Positions 1-9,530 of a stretch of 64,000 nucleotides of DNA are shown here, piece after piece. The translations under genes were made by a program, and so were the position numbers. The notes below the pieces were generated by a model. It did not search any database, was not told the origin of the DNA, and saw only the letters and a program-made list of their open reading frames with translations. Position 1 is the stretch's first letter, and the number at the start of each line of letters is the position of its first letter. The DNA is from a virus. Lineage: Duplodnaviria > Caudoviricetes. Location of the stretch: the IMG/VR virus record IMGVR_UViG_3300029305_005387. One strand, given 5' to 3'.

Positions 1-25
1 TATAGAAAATAAAATTGTTATATAG

Positions 26-56
26 AACCCAAGGGTGCATCATGCACCCTTGGGTT
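26..56. terminator. Intrinsic terminator hairpin downstream of the DUF2828 gene
   Basis: aacccaagggtgcat-c-atgcacccttgggtt inverted repeat. Confidence 0.7.
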
Positions 57-67
57 GTAAACAGGTA

Positions 68-1696
68 TTACATACCATGAATCAGCCTAAGCTGGTACAA
101 GGCGTTATTGTGGTCAAGAGCGTCAGAAACATGGTTGTATCGAGGATTCAACAGCTGTTCCACTAGGCAATCCCAAGGATCCATCTTGTTACTCATCACC
201 ATCTTTACAAGGTTCAGAGAGAAGCCAGATACTAAGGTAACTCCGAGTTCATTTTCAGTCATCGGAATTGCTCCGCTCCTAGAATTTACATTCCAGAAGA
301 TTACCTTAGGAAGCTTGTATCCGAGATTTGAGTAATGCTGCTTGATATTATCAAACAACGTTGTAGAATCACTACGATGACTGAGTCTCCATCCTTCATC
401 GTCACAAACACATCCATCAAATTCCATATCAGAAATAATGAGGATATTCGCAGGAAGAGATTCTTGCTTCATATGAAATCTTACAGCTGTATCCAAAACC
501 ATATTGAACACTGCTTCAATATTTGTGTTTGCAACTTCATGGAATCTACTCATGTAGTTCATTCTGTCAGCAACTGACTGACTACGAGCATTGTCAAGAT
601 CAATGAATACAGGATGTTCACTAAAGCTTACTAACTTATTATGGAATTCACCACTCAGTTTTTCAGCAAAGTAAAGAGACAGTGCATCTGCTACATCTGC
701 AGCGGACACTTTACTATCCTTTCCAACACCTGTTTCCATAGATCCAGAACCATCTCTAACTACAAGGGTACCACCGGTTCCTGCTGGAATAAGATTAGGT
801 AAACACTTCCACATTGCTTCAAGTGTACTGACGTCCTCTCGGTTATATCCAACTCTTCGGATTTTGGAAACGATCTCATGAGGAAACAGTGTGGCAGCAT
901 TCATCTTCTCTTTTCCAGAGTTGACATCCTCGATGAACTGTGTGTAGCGTTCCTCGTCATGCTTCATGAAAGCATTTCGATAGATCATACCAGCACGTCC
1001 AGGTACGTTAGGATATTTGATTTCACCCCATTGTCCATTAGACATCTTCACCTCTGTGACATCGATGTATCTGCGAAGCTGTGCAACTAGCTTGCGGTAT
1101 GGAGTCTCCAGTAAACCAAGTTTCTTCGCCATCTTACGAGCAGCTGCCTTCTGGTTTTTGTTGCTAAGAGAAGGTAACCACTTAGCCAGAAGAGAAACAC
1201 GATAACCTTTGTGCATATTTGCGAGGTCATCTTTAAACTGATCATTGATGGCTTTGTAAACCTTGTAGCTGAATTCAACTGAAGAATCTGTCAATTTCAT
1301 CAGATCATCCCACCGACCATAGAAAGGAATGAGTTCTTCAATAGTTTCTGTCTCGTTGTTTCTGATTCTAACTCTAACCAGTTTCGAAATCAGCTCAGGG
1401 TAGTACATAGCCATCCATTTAAGAATGACTCTAAACGCACGACGTTCTCCCATTCCTCCGCGGGGATCACGGAGGAAGAAAAGCCATCTCATGGCTAATT
1501 CCGGAGTCTCATCATAAGCAATGGACCACTTCTTGATGATCTCATCATCAGTCATTTTTCTCATCGCAGGAATAGAAAAATTGAGGTCCAGTAAGGACCT
1601 CCCAGTGGTCTTGTAAGCTGCTGCTCCGTTTTCAGTGAAAGCTCTGTTGTTAATGGAATCACTAACGGCTTTCAGGTTGTTTGCAAAGTTTGTCAT
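68..1696 (-). CDS. DUF2828-family protein (TROVE/Ro60-like helical domain + C-terminal vWA domain), 542 aa
   Basis: Motifs FTENGA, RDPRGGMGER, YGRWDDL, LAKWLPS, TLFPHEIV; vWA MIDAS DGSGS; ISDMEFD, IFWNV, VSGFS. Start set at ATG 1696, preceded by AGGAGGT (1704-1710), rather than the ORF-track start at 1855. Confidence 0.85.
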   Translation of the reverse strand: MTNFANNLKAVSDSINNRAFTENGAAAYKTTGRSLLDLNFSIPAMRKMTDDEIIKKWSIAYDETPELAMRWLFFLRDPRGGMGERRAFRVILKWMAMYYPELISKLVRVRIRNNETETIEELIPFYGRWDDLMKLTDSSVEFSYKVYKAINDQFKDDLANMHKGYRVSLLAKWLPSLSNKNQKAAARKMAKKLGLLETPYRKLVAQLRRYIDVTEVKMSNGQWGEIKYPNVPGRAGMIYRNAFMKHDEERYTQFIEDVNSGKEKMNAATLFPHEIVSKIRRVGYNREDVSTLEAMWKCLPNLIPAGTGGTLVVRDGSGSMETGVGKDSKVSAADVADALSLYFAEKLSGEFHNKLVSFSEHPVFIDLDNARSQSVADRMNYMSRFHEVANTNIEAVFNMVLDTAVRFHMKQESLPANILIISDMEFDGCVCDDEGWRLSHRSDSTTLFDNIKQHYSNLGYKLPKVIFWNVNSRSGAIPMTENELGVTLVSGFSLNLVKMVMSNKMDPWDCLVEQLLNPRYNHVSDALDHNNALYQLRLIHGM

Positions 1697-1730
1697 TTGA
1701 CGTACCTCCTTATTGTGTTGAATGTAGTTG

Positions 1731-2275
1731 ATTATTGACCATAAGTCACAATTTTCTTTTTCATATAATTCAAGAATAATGTTTGCTGTACATGACTTGT
1801 TGTCAATAATTGGAGTCATAGGACGCATTTTTTTGTATTCATATAATTTATACATAATGATTTGCTGTACGCGTCCAAAATATGATGATTATGAGGAAGA
1901 ATCATTTTTGTAAAGAAAGTAAACATAGGACTCTTTTAATTTTTGAAATTAATGTAAATTATAATTCTGAGAAGGAATTACATTTTACTCATCTCCCAAA
2001 CTCATATTCGCGGGGTGTCGAATTATGAATCATTATCTCACACACTTTTTATTTTTATATCTTTTACTGTTTTTATTTAGTAATTGATTGCTGTGTGAGT
2101 CCATTATTACTTTCTTTGAATAATTACCATAAATCACATTTTTGGATCTGGCAGATCCTTAATGTTGCCTTTTATGTAATAATTGCTGTGAGTGATTTCT
2201 GTAATTATTTTCATAAGACCCATATTCTTTTTCATATAATATAAGAATTTTAATTGCTGTAAGGGTCTTTAAAAA
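1731..2275 (-). ncRNA. Array of five structured RNA units (stem-N-YACAGCAA-variable hairpin-stem-UAUG)
   Basis: Five copies of TTGCTGT(A/G) on + (1783, 1862, 2088, 2183, 2254), each enclosed by a different but complementary 6-7 bp stem preceded by CATA. Three units have a further 9-11 bp outer stem. Confidence 0.75.
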
Positions 2276-2304
2276 TGATTCTTTGTTTCCTCATATTCAC
2301 ATTA

Positions 2305-2312
2305 ATAATATA
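2305..2312 (-). promoter_or_regulatory. Candidate early promoter (TATATTAT) upstream of the RNA array and DUF2828 gene
   Basis: Same TATATT(A/C)T motif recurs before many non-structural genes; resembles the phiKZ early consensus TATATTAC. Confidence 0.6.
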
Positions 2313-2422
2313 TAATCGAAAAATCATGCTTATACGATTTACATATTTTCTCAGATTAAAATATATAGTTAGGACATGAATATAATTTAATATTCAAGTA
2401 TACGTTGAAAGGAGATTTCATT

Positions 2423-2974
2423 ATGAAAATAGATAATGTTATCAAAAGTTTTTATGAAACTTATAACCGTGAAGCAATGGAATCCATAGATAGAATTTCT
2501 AAGGAAATTGGATTAGTTGAAAACGGTCATAGTATTAATGCGTTTAACATCATTGATGCATTTGATAAAATGGAAAGTTATATGAAAGGGTATGCTAATT
2601 ATAAAATTACCGAAAAGACTAATCCTAATGCATCATCTCAGTCAGATATTAAATCCTTGACTTATAAATTTATTGATAGTAATGTATTCAGTGAATGCAA
2701 GTTAGGATATAATGAGATTCCAGCTTTTATTGAATCATATATTAAGAGAACAGATTCTTTGATTAAAACATTAGATGAGATTAAAGAATCTATGTCTGTT
2801 GCTGATATTGATCAAGAGTCTATCGGTGATGTAAATGATATGGCAGATCATTTTGTTGAAAAATTACAGGAATCATTTAATCCTGTTATGGATAAAATTT
2901 TATGGGCTTCTGGATACAACGCACGTCAACGTTTGAGAAATGAAAAGGTACAACCAAAACCTGTATTCCTGTAA
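2423..2974 (+). CDS. Hypothetical protein
   Basis: ORF with GAAAGGAG RBS before ATG 2423. Confidence 0.7.
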   Translation: MKIDNVIKSFYETYNREAMESIDRISKEIGLVENGHSINAFNIIDAFDKMESYMKGYANYKITEKTNPNASSQSDIKSLTYKFIDSNVFSECKLGYNEIPAFIESYIKRTDSLIKTLDEIKESMSVADIDQESIGDVNDMADHFVEKLQESFNPVMDKILWASGYNARQRLRNEKVQPKPVFL

Positions 2975-2981
2975 TTAAAAA

Positions 2982-3017
2982 ATATAGAATGGGTGGAAAA
3001 TTCCACCCATTCTATAT
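2982..3017. terminator. Bidirectional terminator between convergent genes
   Basis: 17-bp inverted repeat atatagaatgggtggaa/ttccacccattctatat. Confidence 0.75.
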
Positions 3018-3730
3018 CATCCTCTTATTTCTGTATTTTTTACATATCCATACATCAGTCTTTTATATCTTTTTAGATCTTCTAAAGATGGTGTAGTGAG
3101 AGATTTGAATTTTACTTCAGGACTATCTTTGAATGGTTGTAGGTAATATTTATCAGCACCATTAATCATCTCTCTAATTCCTATAAATGATTCATCATCA
3201 TGAAGTTGCTCGACTACAGTAGTTCTGAATTCATAATCGCAATCACTATATTCGCCACCTAACATAATTGCATCAATAGAATCAGTAATATCTGTAATTG
3301 GTACAGCAAATTTACCTACAGTCTGAGGATATTTTCCAATGTTATTTTTTATATCCATAGCCACATAATCTACTAGTCGCTTATCAATTAAATATGATAA
3401 TGGACTTGATAAAATTCCATTTGTATCAAGTTTAATTTTGTAACCAAGACGTTTAATATCTCTGAATATTTCCTCAATATCATACATTAATGGCTCTCCT
3501 CCAGTAAATACAACACCTTCTAATTTATCAGACCTTTTCTTTAGGAAATCCATTAAGTAAGAGATATCGAATTTAGAAAACATACCAGGTTCCATTAAAC
3601 TAGAATTATGACAAAACGGACATCTTAAATTACATCCAGCAGTATAAACTACGCATGCAATATGTCCTGGATAATCCAATAATGTTGTAGGTAAAATATT
3701 TGCTATTTGTAAATCTTTATTGAACAACAT
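3017..3730 (-). CDS. nrdG: Anaerobic ribonucleotide reductase activating protein (radical SAM)
   Basis: LLDYPG, GCNLRCPFCHN (CxxxCxxC), TGGEP, KLDTNG, DYVAMDIK, YEFRTTV; start likely MLFNK at 3730. Confidence 0.85.
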   Translation of the reverse strand: MLFNKDLQIANILPTTLLDYPGHIACVVYTAGCNLRCPFCHNSSLMEPGMFSKFDISYLMDFLKKRSDKLEGVVFTGGEPLMYDIEEIFRDIKRLGYKIKLDTNGILSSPLSYLIDKRLVDYVAMDIKNNIGKYPQTVGKFAVPITDITDSIDAIMLGGEYSDCDYEFRTTVVEQLHDDESFIGIREMINGADKYYLQPFKDSPEVKFKSLTTPSLEDLKRYKRLMYGYVKNTEIRG

Positions 3731-3802
3731 AACACTTTTCCTTTCTTTTAAAATTATCAAACTGCTCATTAATTATATTTAGTATGAATTGGAGGTTTAA
3801 AT

Positions 3803-4546
3803 ATGAATTTATCTAAAGCAGTTACTCAGTTAAAAATGCAATTAGGTCTATATGGATTGACTTTACCCTTTAAAGATGAACAGACTGGAGATCCAATCCC
3901 AACAGAGAATGTTATCAGAGAAGTATTAGTAAATATGACAATTCCTATATTCTCTCAATTTGCTCCATGGATTAGAGAATGTGAATGTAATATAAGTAAA
4001 ATGAAATTAGTTGATGAAGATCAAGCTATTTATTTACTTCCACATTATTTAACATTAACTCCGGTAATGTACGTCGTTGACGTTAATCTACCTTTCCAGA
4101 ATAATAGAGGTACTTTTGGTGACATCGCTCCAGCTTATGGTATCAATAGATCTGTTCAAGGTGTATTAACAAGTCAAGCATATATGATGGTAGCTGGTCA
4201 AATGAGAGCTGAACCAACTTTTGAATATCTAGGTCATAATAAAATCCGCCTATATGGATGGCCTAAGACAAGACTTCATTTCAAAGTGGCATGTCAACAT
4301 GAACCCAATGGTGAATCTATACCGGAAGGATATTATGATTCATTCATGGAACTTGCTACCCTTGATATGAAGGTATTCTTATATAATAATCTAAAATTGT
4401 ACGATGGTATTCCAACAGCATTTGGACAAATTAATCTAAAATTGGATGATTATCAGTCTGCAGATGCTGATCGTAATACTCTTCTGGATAAATGGCGTGA
4501 TACTTTCCATTTAGATATGGATTATGGAATTGGAGAATGGATGTAA
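3803..4546 (+). CDS. Putative virion structural protein (possibly neck/head-completion, T4 gp13-like)
   Basis: GGAGG RBS; C-terminal LATLDMK...DGIPTAFGQINL...LLDKW loosely resembles neck protein C-termini. Confidence 0.4.
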   Translation: MNLSKAVTQLKMQLGLYGLTLPFKDEQTGDPIPTENVIREVLVNMTIPIFSQFAPWIRECECNISKMKLVDEDQAIYLLPHYLTLTPVMYVVDVNLPFQNNRGTFGDIAPAYGINRSVQGVLTSQAYMMVAGQMRAEPTFEYLGHNKIRLYGWPKTRLHFKVACQHEPNGESIPEGYYDSFMELATLDMKVFLYNNLKLYDGIPTAFGQINLKLDDYQSADADRNTLLDKWRDTFHLDMDYGIGEWM

Positions 4547-4556
4547 ATAATACAAA

Positions 4557-4586
4557 AAGATGAGGTGGACATGTCCACCTCATCTT
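4557..4586. terminator. Bidirectional terminator
   Basis: Perfect palindrome aagatgaggtggaca/tgtccacctcatctt between convergent genes. Confidence 0.75.
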
Positions 4587-4605
4587 CATTTCTTGTTTAT
4601 ATTAC

Positions 4606-5391
4606 TTATTTACCACGACTTGCATTTTCATCATTCTTCAATTTAAGTTTCATTGCAATGTTTGGTTGAAATTCAATGTGTTCCTGTCCCTCTTCCTCAT
4701 CATAGGAATAGAATACATCGAACAATCCAAGAACGTTCATCTGTACTTCAGAAACATCTGTACCGAGAGCTTCTTTGAACTTTACTTTCAGAACGTTTGT
4801 AATATTATCCATAAATATACAGAAAAGCGGAATTACTGCTTCTGATGTACGCAAGCTGGTTTTATATTCAGTCTGAAGACGTTCATATGCTTTCTCCTGA
4901 ATCTCTTTATAATATTCTACTTCTTTCTTAGAATTCAGCTGCTTCCAACGAATGAAATTTTCACGAGTCTTGTCTACACCAATACGAGGATCATCATCGA
5001 TGATATTTCTGTTGATAGAAATATATTCCATGATTGGCATAAAGTTACCAACTTTTTCATTCTCTTCATCATCATTATTGGTATAACCAATGTTGATAGA
5101 ATTGAAAATTTCCATAGTAAAGTTATTATAACTCTTCTGTTTAGATCTGATGAATTCAAGAATGGTAACGAATGTTGCATAGAATACAACTGCGTATACT
5201 TCAGTATTACCGGATTTCAGGTACATAGAAAACTGTTCTTCAGCTGATCTGGATGTTAGATCACAAACAAACTTTAGTTCTCTCGCATCATTTACTGCAT
5301 AATCTTTAAACCAACGAGTCGCAAAAGTCTGCTTCTTGACCTCTTTCTTTACATCAATTTCCTGTTCCACTTCTTTTGGCTTTCTAGGCAT
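4606..5391 (-). CDS. Hypothetical protein
   Basis: 261-aa ORF, AGGAGG RBS, TATATTCT motif at 5455-5462. Confidence 0.75.
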   Translation of the reverse strand: MPRKPKEVEQEIDVKKEVKKQTFATRWFKDYAVNDARELKFVCDLTSRSAEEQFSMYLKSGNTEVYAVVFYATFVTILEFIRSKQKSYNNFTMEIFNSINIGYTNNDDEENEKVGNFMPIMEYISINRNIIDDDPRIGVDKTRENFIRWKQLNSKKEVEYYKEIQEKAYERLQTEYKTSLRTSEAVIPLFCIFMDNITNVLKVKFKEALGTDVSEVQMNVLGLFDVFYSYDEEEGQEHIEFQPNIAMKLKLKNDENASRGK

Positions 5392-5469
5392 TTTTAATAT
5401 CCTCCTTGTGTTAAAATGAATTTATTGAGTTGATATTTCTGTTACTCTAATTAGAGAATATATAATTTA

Positions 5470-6606
5470 TTACGTATCGATTGTATCACGATCTACCACG
5501 AATTCTCTAATTAAGCTACGTCTTGCAAGAACGTCTGCAGGATTACCTCCACGTAGCATTTGGAAAATCTTCATGTCATTTTCAATATCACCTAAATTTA
5601 CACGTACTAAACTTCTGGTATTTGGATCCATAATAGTAGTACGAATATCAGCTTCATCATTTTCTCCAAGACCTTTAAAACGATGAAGAACGTTAGGTTG
5701 ATATTTCTTTAACATTTTTAATGTTCCAAGTACTGATAATTTATTTTCCATACCAGTCTTATTATTTCTCAGAATAAGATAACCATTTTCACCTGGCATC
5801 CATTCCGTAAGAATTTGAATTAATTCCTTAGATCTCTTGATGAAATCTACTGAAATTTCAAATACTTGTAATTTTGCATTGATTGAGCCTTTGATGAGTT
5901 TAGTGTTATCATCATAATAGAGTTCAGGGAATTCAATTCCAATTCGATCCATTAAATGTTGAATGTTAATAGATTTAATCTGTGATTCAATATCTTTATG
6001 GAATTCAAATTTCATCAATGCACATTCTTCCAGAATAATTTCAAGAAGTCTATCATTTGTCTTATAATGCTCTACAAGTAATCGGATATCATCAACATAG
6101 TTAGTTGTCTGACCTAAGAATTCTGTCAACTGACTCTTAGAAAGATATTCAATTGAATTTTCATCTTCAGTCATTTGATATCCTAACTTGTAGTCCTTAA
6201 GAGCTGCTTGGACATATCTCTCGATATATTCCTTTTTATTAATTACGAAAGGATCTTTTTTATCATCTACTCTGTAAAGAGGAGGTTCTGCTATAAACAG
6301 TCTTCCATCTTTGATAATATCTGGATAGAGTTTAAAGAAGAAAGCTAATAATAAGCTTCTAATAAAGTATCCGTCTACGTCAGCATCAGATGCAATAATA
6401 ATTTTGTCGTAATTCAATTTTGACATATCAAATTTTACACCTGCGTTACATCCCATGACAGTGATTAGATCTGTAAATTCCTTATTACCCTTCGGACCTA
6501 CAATCTGATCTAAAGTCATCTTGAAAACATTCGCACTGACGCCACGGATTGCAAAGAGTGCTTGAAATCTTGGATCTCTAGCCTGTTTTAGCGAACCCTT
6601 GGCGGA
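5470..6606 (-). CDS. gyrB: DNA gyrase B / type IIA topoisomerase subunit B, exon 2 (TOPRIM domain)
   Basis: Begins SAKGS, completing EGDSA; ASDADVDG, PPLY, RFKGLGE motifs. Confidence 0.9.
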   Translation of the reverse strand, partial: SAKGSLKQARDPRFQALFAIRGVSANVFKMTLDQIVGPKGNKEFTDLITVMGCNAGVKFDMSKLNYDKIIIASDADVDGYFIRSLLLAFFFKLYPDIIKDGRLFIAEPPLYRVDDKKDPFVINKKEYIERYVQAALKDYKLGYQMTEDENSIEYLSKSQLTEFLGQTTNYVDDIRLLVEHYKTNDRLLEIILEECALMKFEFHKDIESQIKSINIQHLMDRIGIEFPELYYDDNTKLIKGSINAKLQVFEISVDFIKRSKELIQILTEWMPGENGYLILRNNKTGMENKLSVLGTLKMLKKYQPNVLHRFKGLGENDEADIRTTIMDPNTRSLVRVNLGDIENDMKIFQMLRGGNPADVLARRSLIREFVVDRDTIDT

Positions 6607-7999
6607 CATTTATCTTCATACTGTATCGCAACTACAGTACCGAGCTTTTAACTCTGCTACTACTCTCGTAGTACGACATCTGTATCTCAACAGATGAAGT
6701 GACATAAATGTCAGATGAGACTATATCTTTTATACTAACCACTTCGCGTTACCTCAGTCCCTTGCAGGATTTAAACTGACCTCCATTAGCTTGAGGGCTA
6801 CTCTACTCACTTCTTCATATTAATATTTCTATTAATACTATGCTTTCGATAGTCGTTGAACTTTATTCATATCATATCACTTTTGTACATTTTCTACCTT
6901 TTAATATTGAAACAAGATAAGATCTAGATGTCTTATTATAAATTGAGAATATCTCATCAATACTTTTTCCTGATTTATACATTTCCCTCATTGTATTGAT
7001 ATCACTTACTCTATATTTTGAATCAGGTCGTATATTACCCGTATAATCATTAAAATTATATTGTGAAGTGATATCAATCCATGATCGTTGATGTGTTCTA
7101 AAATTATAAAGTTGATTTCTGAAATTTTTGTATACTCTTTTATCTTCAGGAAATATATTATAGTATGCAGCAATATCTTTAACACATATATCTTCTTCCA
7201 TCATTCTACATACATGATGAACAATTTCACTTGTCCATTCAAATGTTCTCTGATATAATCCTTCCTCAGCTGCATATCTACTATTGAGAAATGGTGTTGT
7301 TAATTGAAGATTATTTATATTATTATTCCATTTAACATTATCTTCATGATGAATTACATAACCTTTTGGAATTTTACCTTTCCAAGCTTTATATGTCAAT
7401 CTATGAATTGCCATATGCGTTAAATGTGAATATGGAAATGATATTCTATGATATCCATCATCATCTATTTCTTGTTTCAAAATTTTATTAGTAAATGTTG
7501 AAAATACTATTCCATTTTCTGAAATAAAATATCCATCCACTACTCCAGGAATCGATCTGAATTTTACATTATTACTTTCAATTTCATTTTCAGATATTTT
7601 TATATAAGACATAAATTCAAATCTATTTTCTGTTCCGTAAAATGTAATATTAACTAAATTAATTATATAAAATATTTTATCTTTATAAATAAATTTAGCA
7701 TTAATATATGGAATAATATCTTTGATTTCATCGTTTTCTATAATATAAATATTATACATTTTATCAATTCGAAAATTTGTATAATGTGGGATTTCTATCA
7801 AACTTTTGATATCCATAATTTATCACCACCTTTTTCAAATTGATATGATATGAATTTTAGCTGCGGATTTTCTCTACCTAACACCTTTTTACTATACCTT
7901 TGGAATTACCCATTGCCCCATAGTATATCACTATCTATGGTTAGTAGTGTTAGTCTAACAAGATGTTCCCGACAGTTCAATTAGTTACGAGACCACTCG
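6607..7999 (-). mobile_element. Group I intron (1393 nt) in gyrB
   Basis: Exon 1 ends GAGAU pairing with GUCUC (U.G at splice site). P AACUGUCGGGAA (~7966-7977), Q AAUCCGCAGC (~7860-7869), R GUUCAACGACUA (~6850-6861), S AAGAUAUAGUC (~6719-6729). Terminal G at 6607. Splicing restores EGD|SA in frame. Confidence 0.92.
6872..7816 (-). CDS. Intron-encoded HNH homing endonuclease
   Basis: DGYHRI...IHRLTYKAW...VIHHEDNVKWNNNINNLQ...N (HNH_3 type), lying between intron Q and R elements. Confidence 0.88.
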   Translation of the reverse strand: MDIKSLIEIPHYTNFRIDKMYNIYIIENDEIKDIIPYINAKFIYKDKIFYIINLVNITFYGTENRFEFMSYIKISENEIESNNVKFRSIPGVVDGYFISENGIVFSTFTNKILKQEIDDDGYHRISFPYSHLTHMAIHRLTYKAWKGKIPKGYVIHHEDNVKWNNNINNLQLTTPFLNSRYAAEEGLYQRTFEWTSEIVHHVCRMMEEDICVKDIAAYYNIFPEDKRVYKNFRNQLYNFRTHQRSWIDITSQYNFNDYTGNIRPDSKYRVSDINTMREMYKSGKSIDEIFSIYNKTSRSYLVSILKGRKCTKVI

Positions 8000-9334
8000 A
8001 TCTCCTTCGATGATGAATAGCTCTTTGTACTCTTTTCCTTTATTCGTACAAGGATCAAAATTCTTCATCTTATAAGATGACCAGTTTGTCAATGTATTTT
8101 TTACGACAGCAGAACGTACTTTATCCCCTTCACGTCTAGCTCTTGCATTCATCTTGACAATTGTAGTCAACTCTTTAAGTTGAGCTTGATTTTTTCCTGT
8201 GAAATATGTTCCAAGTGCATCTGATAATAGACTCACAATGATTCGTTTAATATCTTCAGATACAACTTTATGTTTAGTCTGCCCAGTATATAGTCTCTCG
8301 AAGTTTGTTCTAAGAGCTACACTGATAGATAGACCTGTACGTACATCATCCCACTTAATATCAAGCTTATCTTTTTCTTTTTCTCCTAAAGAATTCTTTG
8401 TAGCAGTCTGTAAGAATCTACAAATCGCTTCCATAGCTCCTTCTAAATGATGACCATTATCAACAGTATTATTTGAGTTACTGAAACTATCAATGTATGG
8501 ATTCAATGAAGAAGTAAACACAAACGCAACATCCATAGACAAGAAACGCTTAACATTTTCACCATCAAGTTCTTCAATAACATCATCAGCATCAATAGTC
8601 AAACAATACTTCTGACTGATCATTTTATCTTTTTCATTACGATCAAGAATGTCTTCAAATGGAGCAATCTTGTATTTTTCTCTTGTAACATTTCCCTTTG
8701 CATCGTAATAAACAGAATCCATCTTAATTTTCTTTTTATTAAGATATTGAAGATTCAATAAATTATGTCTTACATCTTTCCATATAATCTTGGTATTTTT
8801 ACCCATTACCTTGGAAGGTTTGTACATGATGGACATACCATGTTTATCTGGAACACATGGAGATTCATACTCATTAATCTTTACACCTTCTTCAAAGACT
8901 AATGTTTTCTGTTTATTTTCAGTACCACCACGATATGACGTAATTTCAACGTGTTCAGCAAGACCACAGATTGCCAAAGTGCCAGTACCATTTTGACCCA
9001 ATGTTTCTGCTTTAAGAGAAGCTTTATTACTAGTATTTATATTCGATCCCATGTTCAAACTAGTATAAATATCTTCTAATAGGTGAGTAGGAATACCTCT
9101 ACCGTTATCTTCGATCGTAATAAAACCAGTTCTTTCATCAAACTCAACATGAATTGTATTACCAGGAGAACGTGGAGTTCTACATTCATCCAATGCATTA
9201 TAGAGAATTTCATCTACTACTGATTTTGCACCAGCTTCATTAGAATATGAAATATATTGACGATGTCTTACTCTAATTTTTTGAATATCACTTTTCAAGT
9301 GATCAAACACGTCGTCTACATATTTAGCCGCCAT
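8000..9334 (-). CDS. gyrB: DNA gyrase B / type IIA topoisomerase subunit B, exon 1 (GHKL ATPase + transducer)
   Basis: EILYNALDE, EDNGRGIP, GQNGTG, GQTK, ELFIIEGD. Start ATG 9334 after GAGGTG. Spliced product about 823 aa. Confidence 0.9.
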
Positions 9335-9499
9335 AATATCCACCTCTGTTTCTATAAATTTTCATATTTTAAATGCTCCTTTCCATGAGTAGCTACTCAT
9401 TACTTTGATACAACTTCAGAATATATCATTTCTAAATTCGTTATATTATAGATAGATGCGTAAATAAGAATTTAAAAAGATTAATGAAAATGTTATAAA

Positions 9500-9530
9500 A
9501 AGAAAAGGAGTCATTACGACTCCTTTTCTT
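9500..9530. terminator. Terminator after DNA polymerase gene
   Basis: agaaaaggagtc/gactccttttct inverted repeat. Confidence 0.7.

Noticed and set aside
1697-1855. 53-aa N-terminal extension of the DUF2828 ORF in the ORF track
   Set aside because: It runs through RNA units D/E without an RBS; the strong AGGAGGT RBS and family motif start at ATG 1696.
1731-2275. CRISPR array or tRNA cluster interpretation of the repeats
   Set aside because: No identical 25-40 bp direct repeats with regular spacers, no cas genes, and no cloverleaf or T-loop consensus.
6607-6609. ATG start for a separate gyrB C-terminal gene
   Set aside because: The G of this ATG is the intron's terminal G; there is no RBS and splicing restores the frame.
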